Shown: one piece after another, positions 1 through 11,279 of the stretch
Layout of the letters: each line of letters starts with the position of its first letter
Numbering within the stretch: the first letter of the stretch is position 1
DNA from: Eledone cirrhosa
Taxonomy: Eukaryota
DNA length: 64,000 nt
Reading direction: 5' to 3'
NCBI GenBank assembly: GCA_964016885.1
Contig: OZ024740.1
Span: 420,608,001-420,672,000 of the forward strand
Notes under the pieces: model-generated
Database searches by the model: none
What the model was told of the DNA's origin: nothing
What the model saw: only the letters and a program-made list of their open reading frames with translations
Program-made: the position numbers and the translations under genes

Positions 1-17
1 TGCTCAATGTTATTATG
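1..17 (+). CDS. VPS52: Vps52 exon, 3' end (begins upstream of the window)
   Basis: tg ctc aat gtt att atg encodes (M)LNVIM, followed by the donor GTAAGT at 18. It matches the MLGVLM that precedes ERAADDSKE in vertebrate VPS52 and is in frame with the next exon. Confidence 0.75.
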
Positions 18-539
18 GTAAGTGTTCTAATAAAAACTAAAATATATAAAGGTTTCTTGACTTATGTAAGACAATTAAGCTGATAGATTGAACTTGCTAG
101 AGTGTAAAAATGGACTTTAAACAATAATGATAATATCCATTCTAATATAAAAGAGTTTCAAATATATTCTGATATTTATGCCAAATACTGGAACTTGGTC
201 AACTACTTACTTTTTGTGCTGGTCAGTGCTGTGACCTCTTGTGTCCTTGGACCCCATGCTGTTGTTTTTCTCTGTAAAATTGTGAAGAGTACCTGAGGAA
301 GGAACCTCAAACGGTGGAATTGGCTAATACAACAGGTGTAGCTGACTGTTCTCTGTGATACTACCATTACCGTAGGATACACCTGAGATATACTACCTTA
401 ATTAGAGTGTAGAGTCAGCCACTCCCTCCCCCTCCTTCCCCCTTACATCTCTTATTTAATTTTTGTTTCTTTTTTTTTTATTGCAACTATTTTATAATTT
501 AATTGAAATTTGTTGAATAAATACTTTAATCAACCATAG

Positions 540-1047
540 TTAATTAATCAGTCATGTTTAATTAACCACTTATATTTAATTAACCAATCATATTTAATTA
601 ACCACTCATTTAATTAACCACTCATTTAATTAACCACATGGCTTAGTGGTTAGAGCATTGGCCTTGCAATCGAAAGGTTGTGAGTTCAATTCTCAGACTG
701 GGTGATGTGTTGTTTCCTTGAGCAAGACACTTTATTTCACATTGCTCCAGTTTACTCAGCTGTAGAAATGAGATGATAGGGACTGGGGTCCATATCATTC
801 CACTGCAAAGTGGTCGTGGAGGTGCCACGGCAAAAAAGCACCCAGCACTCACTGTAAATGAGGTTGGTGTTAGGAAGGGCATCCAGCTGTAGAAATCAAG
901 CCAAAATCAGTTCCCGTCCCACCCTTGCAAGCAAGGAAAAAGTGGACATAAAATGGAATGATGATGATGATGATGACTCATATTTAATTAACCAATTATT
1001 TAATTAACCACTCATATTTAATTAACCCCTCATATTTAATTAACCAG
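540..1047. repeat. ~17-19 bp minisatellite (ATTTAATTAACCACTC) split by a SINE
   Basis: Unit repeated at 540-638 and 978-1047 on both sides of the SINE. Confidence 0.8.
635..976 (+). mobile_element. tRNA-derived SINE with CORE-like centre and RTE-type tail
   Basis: A box TGGCTTAGTGG, B box GAGTTCAATTC, central CCTTGAGCAAGACACTT. The 3' part matches the RTE 3' UTR at 6700-6860 and ends in (GAT)n. Confidence 0.85.
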
Positions 1048-1083
1048 TCAACCAAACAAGAATGTATTCCATATATTTGACAG

Positions 1084-1258
1084 GAACGTACAGAGGATTC
1101 AAAGGAATGTGAAAGTTTCCAAGAGTTACTCTCTGCTCGGACACAAGAGTTCATTGAAGAAGTTCTTGCACCTCATTTTGGTGGTATGATTAGTTTTGTA
1201 AAGGAATGTGAAGTGATCGTTGACAAAGGAAACCTTGATGCACTGAAGAATGAAGAAA
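1084..1258 (+). CDS. VPS52: Vps52 (GARP/EARP subunit) internal exon
   Basis: Acceptor tttgacAG, donor GTTAGT. Encodes ERTEDSKECESFQELLSARTQEFIEEVLAPHFGGMISFVKECEVIVDKGNLDALKNEE, recognisable as the VPS52 C-terminal region. Confidence 0.93.
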
Positions 1259-1328
1259 GTTAGTCACATCAACACTTAATATTTATTGAGATTTTTTTAG
1301 CCGTCTTGTTCATTATATATGTATATAC

Positions 1329-2280
1329 ATAATAATGATAATAATGAAATTATTGTGTACAGTGCTCAAGTGCACTACAACTCATCAAAGGTGCATGTAT
1401 AGTACATAGAATAATATACAAATGTCAGGGAAGTGAACAGTGTATGAGTCATGATATACATGTGTGTGTGTGTATGGAGGAGGGATATTAGGTGTAGTGT
1501 TGGCAAATCTCGGGAAGCATGGAGGTTTTAAAGGATGCAGTGTCTCGACAGCTAACAACAGATGCAGGGAGTTTGTTCCATGGAGGTTTTAAAGGATGCA
1601 GTGTCACGACAGCTAATAACTGATACAGGGAGTTTGTTCCATGGAGGTTTTAAAGGATGCAGTGTCTCAACAGCTAACAACTGATGCAGGGAGTTTGTTC
1701 CATGGAGGTTTTAAAGGATGCAGTGTCTTGACAGCTAATAACTGATGCAAGGAGTTTGTTCCATGGAGGTTTTAAAGGATGCAGTGTCTCAACAGCTAAT
1801 AACTGATGCAGGGAGTTTGTTCCATGGAGGTTTTAAAGGATGCTGTGTCTCGACAGCTAACAACTGATGCAGGGGGTTTGTTCCATGGAGGTTTTAAAGG
1901 ATGCAGTGTCTCAACAGCTAATAACTGATACAGGGAGTTTGTTCCATGGAGGTTTTAAAGGATGCTGTGTCTCGACAGCTAACAACTGATGCAGGGGGTT
2001 TGTTCCATGGAGGTTTTAAAGGATGCAGTGTCTCAACAGCTAATAACTAATGCAGGGAGTTTGTTCCATGGAGGTTTTAAAGGATGCAGTATCTCGACAG
2101 CTAACAACTGATGCAGGGAGTTTGTTCCATGGAGGTTTTAAAGGATGCAGTGTCTCGACAGCTAATAACTGATGCAGGGAGTTTGTTCCATGCTTCGACA
2201 ACTCTGAGCATGAAAAGATGTTTCCAAAAGTCATGGGAGCTGTGCTGTTTTCTGATTTTGTTGGCATGCCCACGTGTGTG
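1329..2280 (-). mobile_element. CR1-type LINE 3' end with internal tandem expansion
   Basis: Minus strand reads TRGHANKIRKQHSSHDFWKHLFMLRVVEAWNKLPASVVSCRDTASFK (CR1 ORF2 C-terminus), then a 3' UTR and (ATT)n tail. Confidence 0.75.
1518..2192. repeat. 61-bp minisatellite, ~11 copies
   Basis: Unit CATGGAGGTTTTAAAGGATGCAGTGTCTCGACAGCTAACAACTGATGCAGGGAGTTTGTTC. Confidence 0.95.
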
Positions 2281-2776
2281 TGTATGTATAGATGCGTGTG
2301 TGTTGGATGTATAGATATATGTATGTGTGTATAGATATATATGTATATGTTTGTGTATGTATAGATATGTGTATGTATTGATATATGTGTGTATATATCT
2401 TTGTGTGTATGTGCAGATATGTGTATATATTTATGTGTGTGTTTGTCTCTGTGTATAGATATGTGTGTATGTATGTGTGTGTATGTGTATGGATCCATCC
2501 AGACTTATTGTGTCACTGTGAAATTACTTCAGGCACACACTCATAACTGGAATAAGGTAGACCTAGGACATTTATGGTATAGAATTCTGGTTATTGAGGC
2601 TACCTGTTCATTTTATTTGCCTCAGAGAGTAATTGTGTGTATTTAGCAAAGTATGTTACCACTTAAAACAACATTTATAACATTGGATAATTGAGAGAAA
2701 CCTATCAGTTACAAGCTTTTCACTTAGAAATTAACAAAACATAACATGTCTACACTGGTCACACAAGTGATACTTA

Positions 2777-2974
2777 TGAGGGTCAGCCGAAAAATACATA
2801 GGCTGACCAAGATACTCTCATGGAATGACCAAATGAGGTTTATTTTTCAACATAGTTCCTGGAAAGAAACAATGCAGTTATTAACAAGAAGAGTTGAAAT
2901 TAATGCATGCAAGATTTCACAGCTTTAGCATCACTCCCTCATAGTCAGCCTATGAACTTTTCAGTCCGCCCTCA
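2777..2974. mobile_element. Tc1/mariner-type MITE
   Basis: Imperfect ~30-bp TIRs TGAGGGTCAGCCGAAAAATACATAGGCTGAC / GTCAGCCTATGAACTTTTCAGTCCGCCCTCA, flanked by TA. Confidence 0.75.
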
Positions 2975-3143
2975 TATATACAATATGAGGAATGAACTGT
3001 TAGATATTTCCGCTAGAAACTAAGTACAATGTTAGTGACTGGACAGGACCTACTAACTAGGCTTACCCTACTCTTTTGTGTCTCTAGTCAGCTATGGTTG
3101 TGGTTATCTTCAGTAAATTCTATTTAGGTATTGTTCATCAAGG

Positions 3144-3336
3144 CACTGCATCCTTTAAAACCTCTGTGCTTTTTGAGATTCGCCAACACTACACCTAATA
3201 TTCCCCCTCCATACACACTCACATATGACTCATACACTATTCACTTCTCTGACATTTGTACATTATTCTATGTACTTTGATGAGTTGTAGTGCACCTGAG
3301 CACTGTACACAATAATTTCATTATTATTATTATTAT
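3144..3336 (+). mobile_element. CR1-type LINE 3' fragment, same family as 1329-2280, opposite orientation
   Basis: Reverse-complement match to 1329-1545; ends in (ATT)n. Confidence 0.75.
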
Positions 3337-3559
3337 CATATAAAGTTTATCTTTCACCATTAAATGGTAGTAAACAGTACCAATATTATTTTGAAGCCCT
3401 TAAATTCTAATCGTAAAGGAGTCGTAGGGGTGCTGTATTGACATACAGCATTTCTTGGGCATTCTTAAAACCTGGCAGAACCCATCTCTCCAGATCTAAA
3501 AACAGTAGATTCCTTCCAGAGAGTGAGAGAACGAAAGTAAGAAAGAGATATAGAGGAAG

Positions 3560-3690
3560 AATCGACCTCAGTACTAGACTGGTACTTTTTTTTTATTGAC
3601 CTTGAATTGGTGAAAGGCAAATTTGATCTTGGTGGGGTTTGAACTCAGAGATCAGAGAGGCAAAAGGAATACCACAAAGCATTCTCTGCC
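3560..3690 (-). mobile_element. SINE fragment
   Basis: ACTGGTACTT...GAAAGGCAAA...TTTGAACTC motif, shared with 10770-10915, 49120-49220 and 56806-56908. Confidence 0.6.
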
Positions 3691-3881
3691 TTTCTAATCA
3701 AATAAAATCATTATAAACTAGGTTTTGGTAGAGTTTCTACCAAATATTGGTAAATTTGCACCAATGTTTCTAGTATAATCACCTGTTAGACAGTTGTAAA
3801 TGTTTATCATACTTTTATTAGCAAGGAAAGTGGACATTAAAATGATGATGATGATTGTATTCTTTTTAATTAATGTTTCAG

Positions 3882-4000
3882 GACGAGTCCAACAAATAGT
3901 CCGTGGGTTCAATTCTGATTGGAAGAAAGCAATTGAAATGATAAATCAAGATGTGATGCGTTCTTTCACTAATTTTAAAAATGGAACTCAAATATTACAG
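3882..4000 (+). CDS. VPS52: Vps52 penultimate coding exon
   Basis: Acceptor tttcAG, phase 1 matching the previous exon. Encodes RRVQQIVRGFNSDWKKAIEMINQDVMRSFTNFKNGTQILQ. Donor GTAAAT at 4001. Confidence 0.93.
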
Positions 4001-4183
4001 GTAAATATATATATATATATATAGTTGATACACAAATATTACAGGTAAATATATATATATATATATAGTTGATACACAAATATTACAGGTAAATATATAT
4101 ATATATATATAGTTGATACACAAATATTACAGGTAAATATATATATATATATATAGTTGATACACAAATATTACAGGTAAATA

Positions 4184-4215
<32 letters not shown>

Positions 4216-7200
4216 GTTGATACACAAATATTACAGGTAAATAGATATATAGTTGATACACAAATATTACAGGTAAATATATATATATAGTTGATACAAA
4301 AATATTACAGGTAAATAGATATATAGTTGATACACAAATATTACAGGTAAATATATATATAGATAGTTGATACACAAATATTACAGGTAAATATATATAT
4401 AGATAGTTGATACACAAATATTACAGGTAAATAGATATATATAGTTGATACACAAATATTACAGGTAAATATATATATATAGTTGATACAAAAATATTAC
4501 AGGTAAATATATGAAGTAGAGTAGACTATCAAGTGGCCAGGAGGGAAGCTAGGAGAGAAGTGTACTTAGCAAGAAGGGAAGCTGAGGAAAGAAAGTTCAA
4601 GCATGTTCTACAACGCGATGACCAAAAACGTGAGGTGTTCAGGATTGCCAGGCAATGCGTCAAGGAAAACCGTGATATTGTCGGGGAGAAGTGTGTACTT
4701 AACGATGATGGCATACTTGCCATCACCGACACTGATAAGAAGGTAGCTTGGAAGTGTCACTATGAAAGGCTACTAAATGAGGAGAATAAATGGGAGAAAG
4801 ACAGTCTCCCCCATATCGACCCGATAGAGGGACCAGCAGTGTTAGTCGAGGGGAGTATAATAAGTAAGGCAATCAAGGATATGAAGACTGGTAAGGCGGC
4901 TGGGCCTTCGGAAATAGTTGCTGAGATGCTGAAGGCATCTGGCACGGTGGGACACACCATGGTCACCCGCATAGTTAACCAAGTCGTACAGAATGGGGTT
5001 GTTCCGAAGGACTGGCATAGCAGCAGCATCGTTAACTGTTATAAGGGTAAAGGAGACGCCCTAGATAGGAGTAACTATAGAGGCATTAAATTAATCGACC
5101 AGGTCATGAAGGTCACGGAAAAAGTAATAGCGCAACTAATCAGAGAGAGAATTGATCTAGATGAAATGCAGTTCGGGTTTGTGTCAGGCAAAAGCACCAC
5201 AGACGCTCTTTTCATAGTATGACAACTACAGGAGAAGTACCTAGCTAAAGGTAAACCCCTCTACTTAGCTTTTGTCGACCTGGAGAAAGCCTTCGACAGA
5301 GTCCCCCGCTCCATTATCTGGTGGGCTCTTAGAAAACTAGGCGTTGACGAATGGCTTGTGAGGGCTATACAAGCCATGTATAAAGAAACAGTCAGCAAGG
5401 TTAGAATTAACAACGAATATAGTGAAGAGTTTAGCGTAAAAGTTGGCGTCCATCAGGGCTCTGTTCTCAGCCCCCTACTATTTATTATTGCCCTTCAGGC
5501 TATAACAGAGGAGTTCAAGACAGGCTGCCCATGGGAACTCCTATACGCAGACGACCTGACACTCATAGCGGAATCAATGGCCGAGCTAGAGAAGAAATTC
5601 CAAACATGGAAGCACGGCCTAGAGTCAAAAGGACTTAAAATTAACCTGGCTAAGACCAAAGTTCTAGTTTGTAGGAAAGAAAACAAGGCGGCGGTCCCTT
5701 CTGGGAAATGGTCGTGCTCGGTATGTAGGAAAGGCGTAGGTAGAAACTCCATCTTATGTCCTAAATGCAAAGTATGGGTGCATAAAAGATGTAGTGGGAT
5801 CACAGGTAAGCTAACTAAGAACATAGACTTTACATGTGGCCGGTGTTCTGGTGCAATAAGTAGCAGCAAGTGCCCACAAAATACTAGCTCTTTCAATTGC
5901 GCAGAGGGTTCTATAGAAATAGTGGACAGCTTCCGTTACCTGGGCGATAAAATCAGCAGTGGGGGAGGGTGCTCTGAAAGTACTGTAGCTAGAGTCAGAA
6001 CTGGTTGGAAAAAGTTCAGAGAGCTTATACCACTATTAGCTGCTAAAGGGTTCTCCCTAAAAATGAAAGGCAGGTTGTACGATGCCTGCATACGAACAGC
6101 AATGTTGCATGGTAGTGAGACCTGGGCATTGTGTGCAGAGGATATACGCAGACTAGAGAGGAACGAAGCTTGCATGCTCCGCTGGATGTGTAACAGTAAT
6201 ATATGTGAACGGCAAAGCATAAACGAACTAAGGAAAAAATTAGAGATAAGAGGGATCAGATGTTGTTTACTCGAGAGAAGGCTGCGTTGGTATGGACACG
6301 TGATGCGCATGAAAGTCGATAGCTGTATTACAAAGTGCAGGGCAATAAAGATAGACGGTAGCCACGGAATAGGCAGACCTAGAAAAACATGGGATGAGCT
6401 GATAAACTCCGACCTCACACACTTACACCTCTCCAAGACAATGTCACTGGACCGTGACCTTTGGCGGTACTCAGTAACAGAGAAGACCCGCCTTGCCAGT
6501 AGGCATCTCTAACAAAATACACCCCGTCCCGCCACCACCCCCACCCCATCCACACCACCCCGTTCTATGTAAAGTTATGTTGGTGCCGCGCCATCCAGGC
6601 CGAAACAAATGAGATCGTGTAGGTGTCACGACAAAAAAACACACAGTCCACGCTGTAATGTGGCCGTGTAGGCAACACGGTAAAAACCTCCCAGACCCAC
6701 ACTGTAAATGTGGTTGGTGTTAGGAAGGGCATCCAACTGTAGAAAACCTGCCAGACAGTCCTATGCGAGCAAGACAATCACTCTTGCCTCAAGTGGGACT
6801 ACCCCCGTCCAAACCCATGCAAGCGTGGAACACGGACGTTAAACGTTGATGATGATGATGATATATATATATATAGGTAAATATAGATATATAGGTAAAT
6901 ATATATATATATATATATAGTTGATACACAAATATTATAGGTAAATATATATATATATATATATAGTTGATACACAAATATTACAGGTAAATAGATATAT
7001 ATAGTTGATACAAAAATATTACAGGTAAATATATATATATAGTTGATACACAAATATTACAGGTAAATATATATATATATATGTTGATGATGATGATGAT
7101 ATAGTTGATACACAAATATTACAGGTAAATATTTATATATATATATAGTTGATACACAAATATTACAGGTATATATATAGTTGATACACAAATATTACAG

Positions 7201-7383
7201 GTAAATAGATATATAGTTGATACACAAATATTATAGGTAAATATATATATATTTACCTATAATATTTGTGTAACGAAGGAAATGTGGTAAGGAACCAAGT
7301 GGACCATAACGCACCAAAGTACTCAATACTTAGGGTAGTAGAGTGGGTAATAGGAACAAGTAGGACCTACTCGTTCCTATATA

Positions 7384-7415
<32 letters not shown>

Positions 7416-7613
7416 GTTGATACACAAATATTGCAGGTAAATAGATATATATATAGTTGATACACAAATATTGCAGGTAAATAGATATATAGTTGATACA
7501 CAAATATTGCAGGTAAATATATATATATATAGTTGATACACAAATATTACATGTAAATATATATATAGTTGATACACAAATATTGCAGGTAAATATATAT
7601 ATAGTTGATACAC
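3989..7613 (+). repeat. minisatellite whose unit contains the exon end and 5' splice site, interrupted by an RTE
   Basis: Unit (AT)n-AGTTGATACACAAATATTACAG|GTAAAT at 4001-4512 and 6870-7613. CAAATATTACAG|GTAAAT equals the Vps52 exon/intron junction. Confidence 0.9.
4513..6862 (+). mobile_element. RTE-clade LINE, 5'-truncated (copy A)
   Basis: RT motifs QFGF, FVDLEKAFDRV, GVHQGSVLSP, LLYADD; C-terminal RRLRWYGHVMR and GRPRKTW; (GAT)n tail. One premature TGA at 5220 where copy C has CGA. Confidence 0.95.
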
Positions 7614-7684
7614 AGTTTGTTTTCATTTTGAAACTAAAGTTAATATTATTTAGATATTACTTGTGAGAGCTGTAAGTTAGAAGT

Positions 7685-7900
7685 CTTCTTTTTCTTCACT
7701 TATTCCTGAGGGGTTTGTAGGGCAGAGTCCTCAAACACTCCTTCCAGTGGGTTCTGTCAGAAGCAACCACCTCCCCAAGTGAGACCAGCCAAACTCATGG
7801 ATGTTATCCAACTGTCTTGCTTGGGGTCTACCCCTGGGTCTCTTGCTGGCTGGTTTTGCCCTTAAAATCTGTCCAGCGATTCTTTTCTGAGACATTCAAA
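7685..7900 (-). mobile_element. older RTE-like LINE 3' fragment
   Basis: Reverse complement of 17375-17590, which encodes QLQYYGHVDRM. Confidence 0.6.
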
Positions 7901-8374
7901 CCAGTTAGTTATTTTCCTAATATAAAAGTTGTGTCTTTTGGAGTCCTACTCCAGTTTTTAATGTTTAACTAATACAACATTAGTTTACATGACAAGAACT
8001 GACACCAGTCATATTTTGAAAATGTGTGTAAATAACTCATTTGAGCCTTAATTATAAATCAAATGATTGTCTTGGCTGAGCAAGACAAAGAATAAATGAT
8101 TCCTTGTAATATTTATAGGAATGGTTAAATTAAATAGTTAACACATTTGTGTTAGTTGTCTAGACAGTGACATAAACAGGACAGTCTCAGATTTAATCAT
8201 GTGAACAAAACATTTTGCTGAAAACTTGCAAAGAGATTAATTTCTAAATGTTTAGCAAGAGGTAGATGAATTGTTTGAGTTATGTCAACAAGATTTCTGC
8301 TTTTTTTTTTAGATCTTAAGTTGGTACTTATATCTATATCATTTTACTTTTTTATATTGTTGGTGTCATAATGA

Positions 8375-8716
8375 AAAAACACCCAGTCCACCTTGTAATG
8401 TGGTCATGCTGATGACACAAAAAAAATTCCCAATCCACCCTTTAATGTGGTTGTTCTGGTGACACAACAAAACGCACCCAGTCAATCCTTTAATGTGGTT
8501 GTTCTGGTGATATGATGAAAAATCACCCAGTCCACCCTGTTAAACAGTTGTTTTGGTGACACGTTAAAAAGTACCCACTCCACACTAACATGGTTGGCAA
8601 TAAGGTGGACATCCAGCTGAACTACTGATCTGTATGAGTTACACCTGGTCACCTCACCTGTCTCATAATGTGACAACCCATCTAACCCATGCAAGGGGTG
8701 GAAAGAGAGCTGTTAA
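8375..8716 (+). mobile_element. SINE/RTE-type 3' tail with ~52-bp unit repeated 4-5 times
   Basis: AAAAAACACCCAGTCCAC...TAATGTGGT units, then GACATCCAGCTG...ACCCATGCAAG and a (GAT/GGT)n tail to 8848. Confidence 0.65.
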
Positions 8717-8881
8717 GTGGTGATGGTGGTGATGATTGCGGTGATGTTGATGGTGGTTATGGTGATGATGATAGTGATGATGGTGGGGATGATGAGATTG
8801 ATGGTGGTGGTGGTTATGGTGATGATAATGGTGACGATGATGATGATTGTTTATGTTTTACTTGTTTTTAATCCTTTTCAG

Positions 8882-9028
8882 GGTGCTCTTACACAGTTGG
8901 TTCAATATTATCATCGTTTCCAGAAGGTTTTAAGCCAAGGCCCACTGCGTAACTTACAGATCCGCAACGAACTGATTAACATCCACCATGTTATGGTAGA
9001 AGTAAAGAAGCACAAGCCAACATTCTAA
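8882..9028 (+). CDS. VPS52: Vps52 last coding exon
   Basis: Polypyrimidine tract and ttttcAG acceptor. Encodes GALTQLVQYYHRFQKVLSQGPLRNLQIRNELINIHHVMVEVKKHKPTF*, matching the VPS52 C-terminus (HHLMVELKKHKPNF). Confidence 0.95.
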   Translation, partial: GALTQLVQYYHRFQKVLSQGPLRNLQIRNELINIHHVMVEVKKHKPTF

Positions 9029-9159
9029 TGACTTCCATTGATGTTATTCTTATTGTTCCTCTTGTTATGTGGACTCCATGGAAGGAAGGTATAAAAACTG
9101 TATCAGTGGCTTATACTAAATATTGGAGAAACTGGTCAACTGGTTATAACCAGATACAC

Positions 9160-9945
9160 TGACATCACGGGGTAGTTGTTGTTGGTTTCAGGGTAGGATG
9201 ACATCACGGGGTAGTTGTTGGTGGTTTCAGGGTAGGATGACATCACGGGGTAGTTGTTGGTGGTTTCAGGGTAGGATGACATCACGGGGTAGTTGTTGGT
9301 GGTTTCAGGGTAGGATGACATCACGGGGTAGTTATTGGTGGTTTCAGGGTAGGATGACATCACGGGGTAGTTATTGGTGGTTTCAGGGTAGGATGACATC
9401 ACGGGGTAGTTGTTGGTGGTTTCAGGGTAGGATGACATCACGGGGTAGTTGTTGGTGGTTTCAGGGTAGGATGACATCACGGGGTAGTTGTTGGTGGTTT
9501 CAGGGTAGGATGACATCACGGGGTAGTTGTTGGTGGTTTCAGGGTAGGATGACATCACGGGGTAGTTATTGTTGGTTTCAGGGTAGGATGACATCACGGG
9601 GTAGTTATTGTTGGTTTCAGGGTAGGATGACATCACGGGGTAGTTATTGGTGGTTTCAGGGTAGGATGACATCACGGGGTAGTTATTGGTGGTTTCAGGG
9701 TAGGATGACATCACGGGGTAGTTGTTGGTGGTTTCAGGGTAGGATGACATCACGGGGTAGTTATTGGTGGTTTCAGGGTAGGATGACATCACGGGGTAGT
9801 TATTGGTGGTTTCAGGGTAGGATGACATCACGGGGTAGTTGTTGGTGGTTTCAGGGTAGGATGACATCACGGGGTAGTTATTGGTGGTTTCAGGGTAGGA
9901 TGACATCACGGGGTAGTTATTGGTGGTTTCAGGGTAGGATGACAT
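9160..9945. repeat. 39-bp minisatellite, ~20 copies
   Basis: Unit GACATCACGGGGTAGTTGTTGGTGGTTTCAGGGTAGGAT, with copies nearly identical. Confidence 0.97.
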
Positions 9946-10239
9946 AATGTTTAAAACATTGTACACACACTGACACATGCACACACACACACACACTGAC
10001 GCACACACACACACTGACGCACACACTCAGACACATGCACGTACGGAAACACATGCACACACCAGCACACAAACTAGCTTGTTCACACACACACAAACAC
10101 ACTAACACTGACATACACACAAACACACACACACTAACACTGACATACACACAAACACACACGCTAACACTGACATACACACACTGACACACGTTACAGA
10201 CACATTCCCTTACATGTTCATTCATTCCTATACTTCAGT

Positions 10240-10245
10240 AATAAA
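10240..10245 (+). terminator. candidate Vps52 polyadenylation signal
   Basis: First AATAAA seen after the stop codon, followed by a T-rich tract. Alternatives lie near 10358 and 10441. Confidence 0.35.
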
Positions 10246-10449
10246 TCTAATCAATCTTTCTTTTCTATCTCCTTTTCTTTCAATTAAGGTTAATCAAATC
10301 TGTAAAAGTCATCTATAGTCATCAATTCACTTTTGTTTTCAATTTCTGATTGAAAATCAATAAATAATTCTTATAATTTCTTCTGATATTAACTGAAGTA
10401 TCTTTGTTTCTTTTTCTTTTAGACTGAGAGATGTAAAGTAAATAAAATA

Positions 10450-10703
10450 CAGTGGAACTTCAGTTCATGAACTTAATTCATTCCTGGAGGTCGTTTGTCA
10501 CCTGAAATACAGTGAGAGAGAGAAAGAGACTTTGTGTGAAAGACTGATAGATATCACCATAGTAACTAACTACACAGCAAGTGACACTTTCCAGCTGATA
10601 CTCCCAACTTGTTGCCAGCTTGTGTGTTCATGAACCAAGACGTTTTATGTTCGTGAAACAATTTATTTCTGCTGAGAGGTGTTTGTGAGCCAAGGTTCCA
10701 CTG
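10450..10703. mobile_element. pogo/Tigger-like MITE
   Basis: TA|CAGTGGAACTTCAGTTCATGAAC ... GTTTGTGAGCCAAGGTTCCACTG|TA. Confidence 0.75.
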
Positions 10704-11279
10704 TATTTCCATCTCTTGATAACTCTGAGTATCCTCAGGATTATAGATATGCTTTGTATTCACTAATAATGGGTTCGGATTTAGGCACAAAGCCAACAAA
10801 TTTGGCGAAGGGGAAAGCTGATAATTTGACTCCAGTGCTTTACTGGTACTTTATTTTATCGACCTCCTCAGGAAGAAAAGCAAAGCTAATCTTGGCGAGA
10901 TTTGAATATAAAGGGACATAACTCTATACTGCTAAACATTTTGTCTGACACTACTGATACTGCCAATCTACTTCTCATTATATACAGTAATAATTGTAAT
11001 GAGGACAATTTCTTTATTATTGCCACAGGGGTGATGCATAGGGGTAACATTACAGTAATAGAGTACAAAAAGGATTCGGATTTAAATTGAAATGAATGAA
11101 GGATGACTGTGTATGTGTGTGTGTATCATCGTTTTGCGTTGACTTCTCCATGTTGGTATGGTTTAGACAGGATTTTTTGAAGCAATGTTTTACAGCCGAA
11201 TGCCCATCTTAACATCAACCTTTTTAGTTGCTTCTAACGCAGAGATACAGTGTATCTAATCTTAACTGGATACACATAA

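Noticed and set aside
635-710. tRNA gene
   Set aside because: A and B boxes are present but continue into a SINE body and RTE tail, with no complete cloverleaf.
9136-10026. 296-aa and 249-aa repeat ORFs on both strands; CRISPR-like appearance
   Set aside because: A 39-bp unit is a multiple of three, so open frames are expected. There are no unique spacers or cas genes and the context is eukaryotic.
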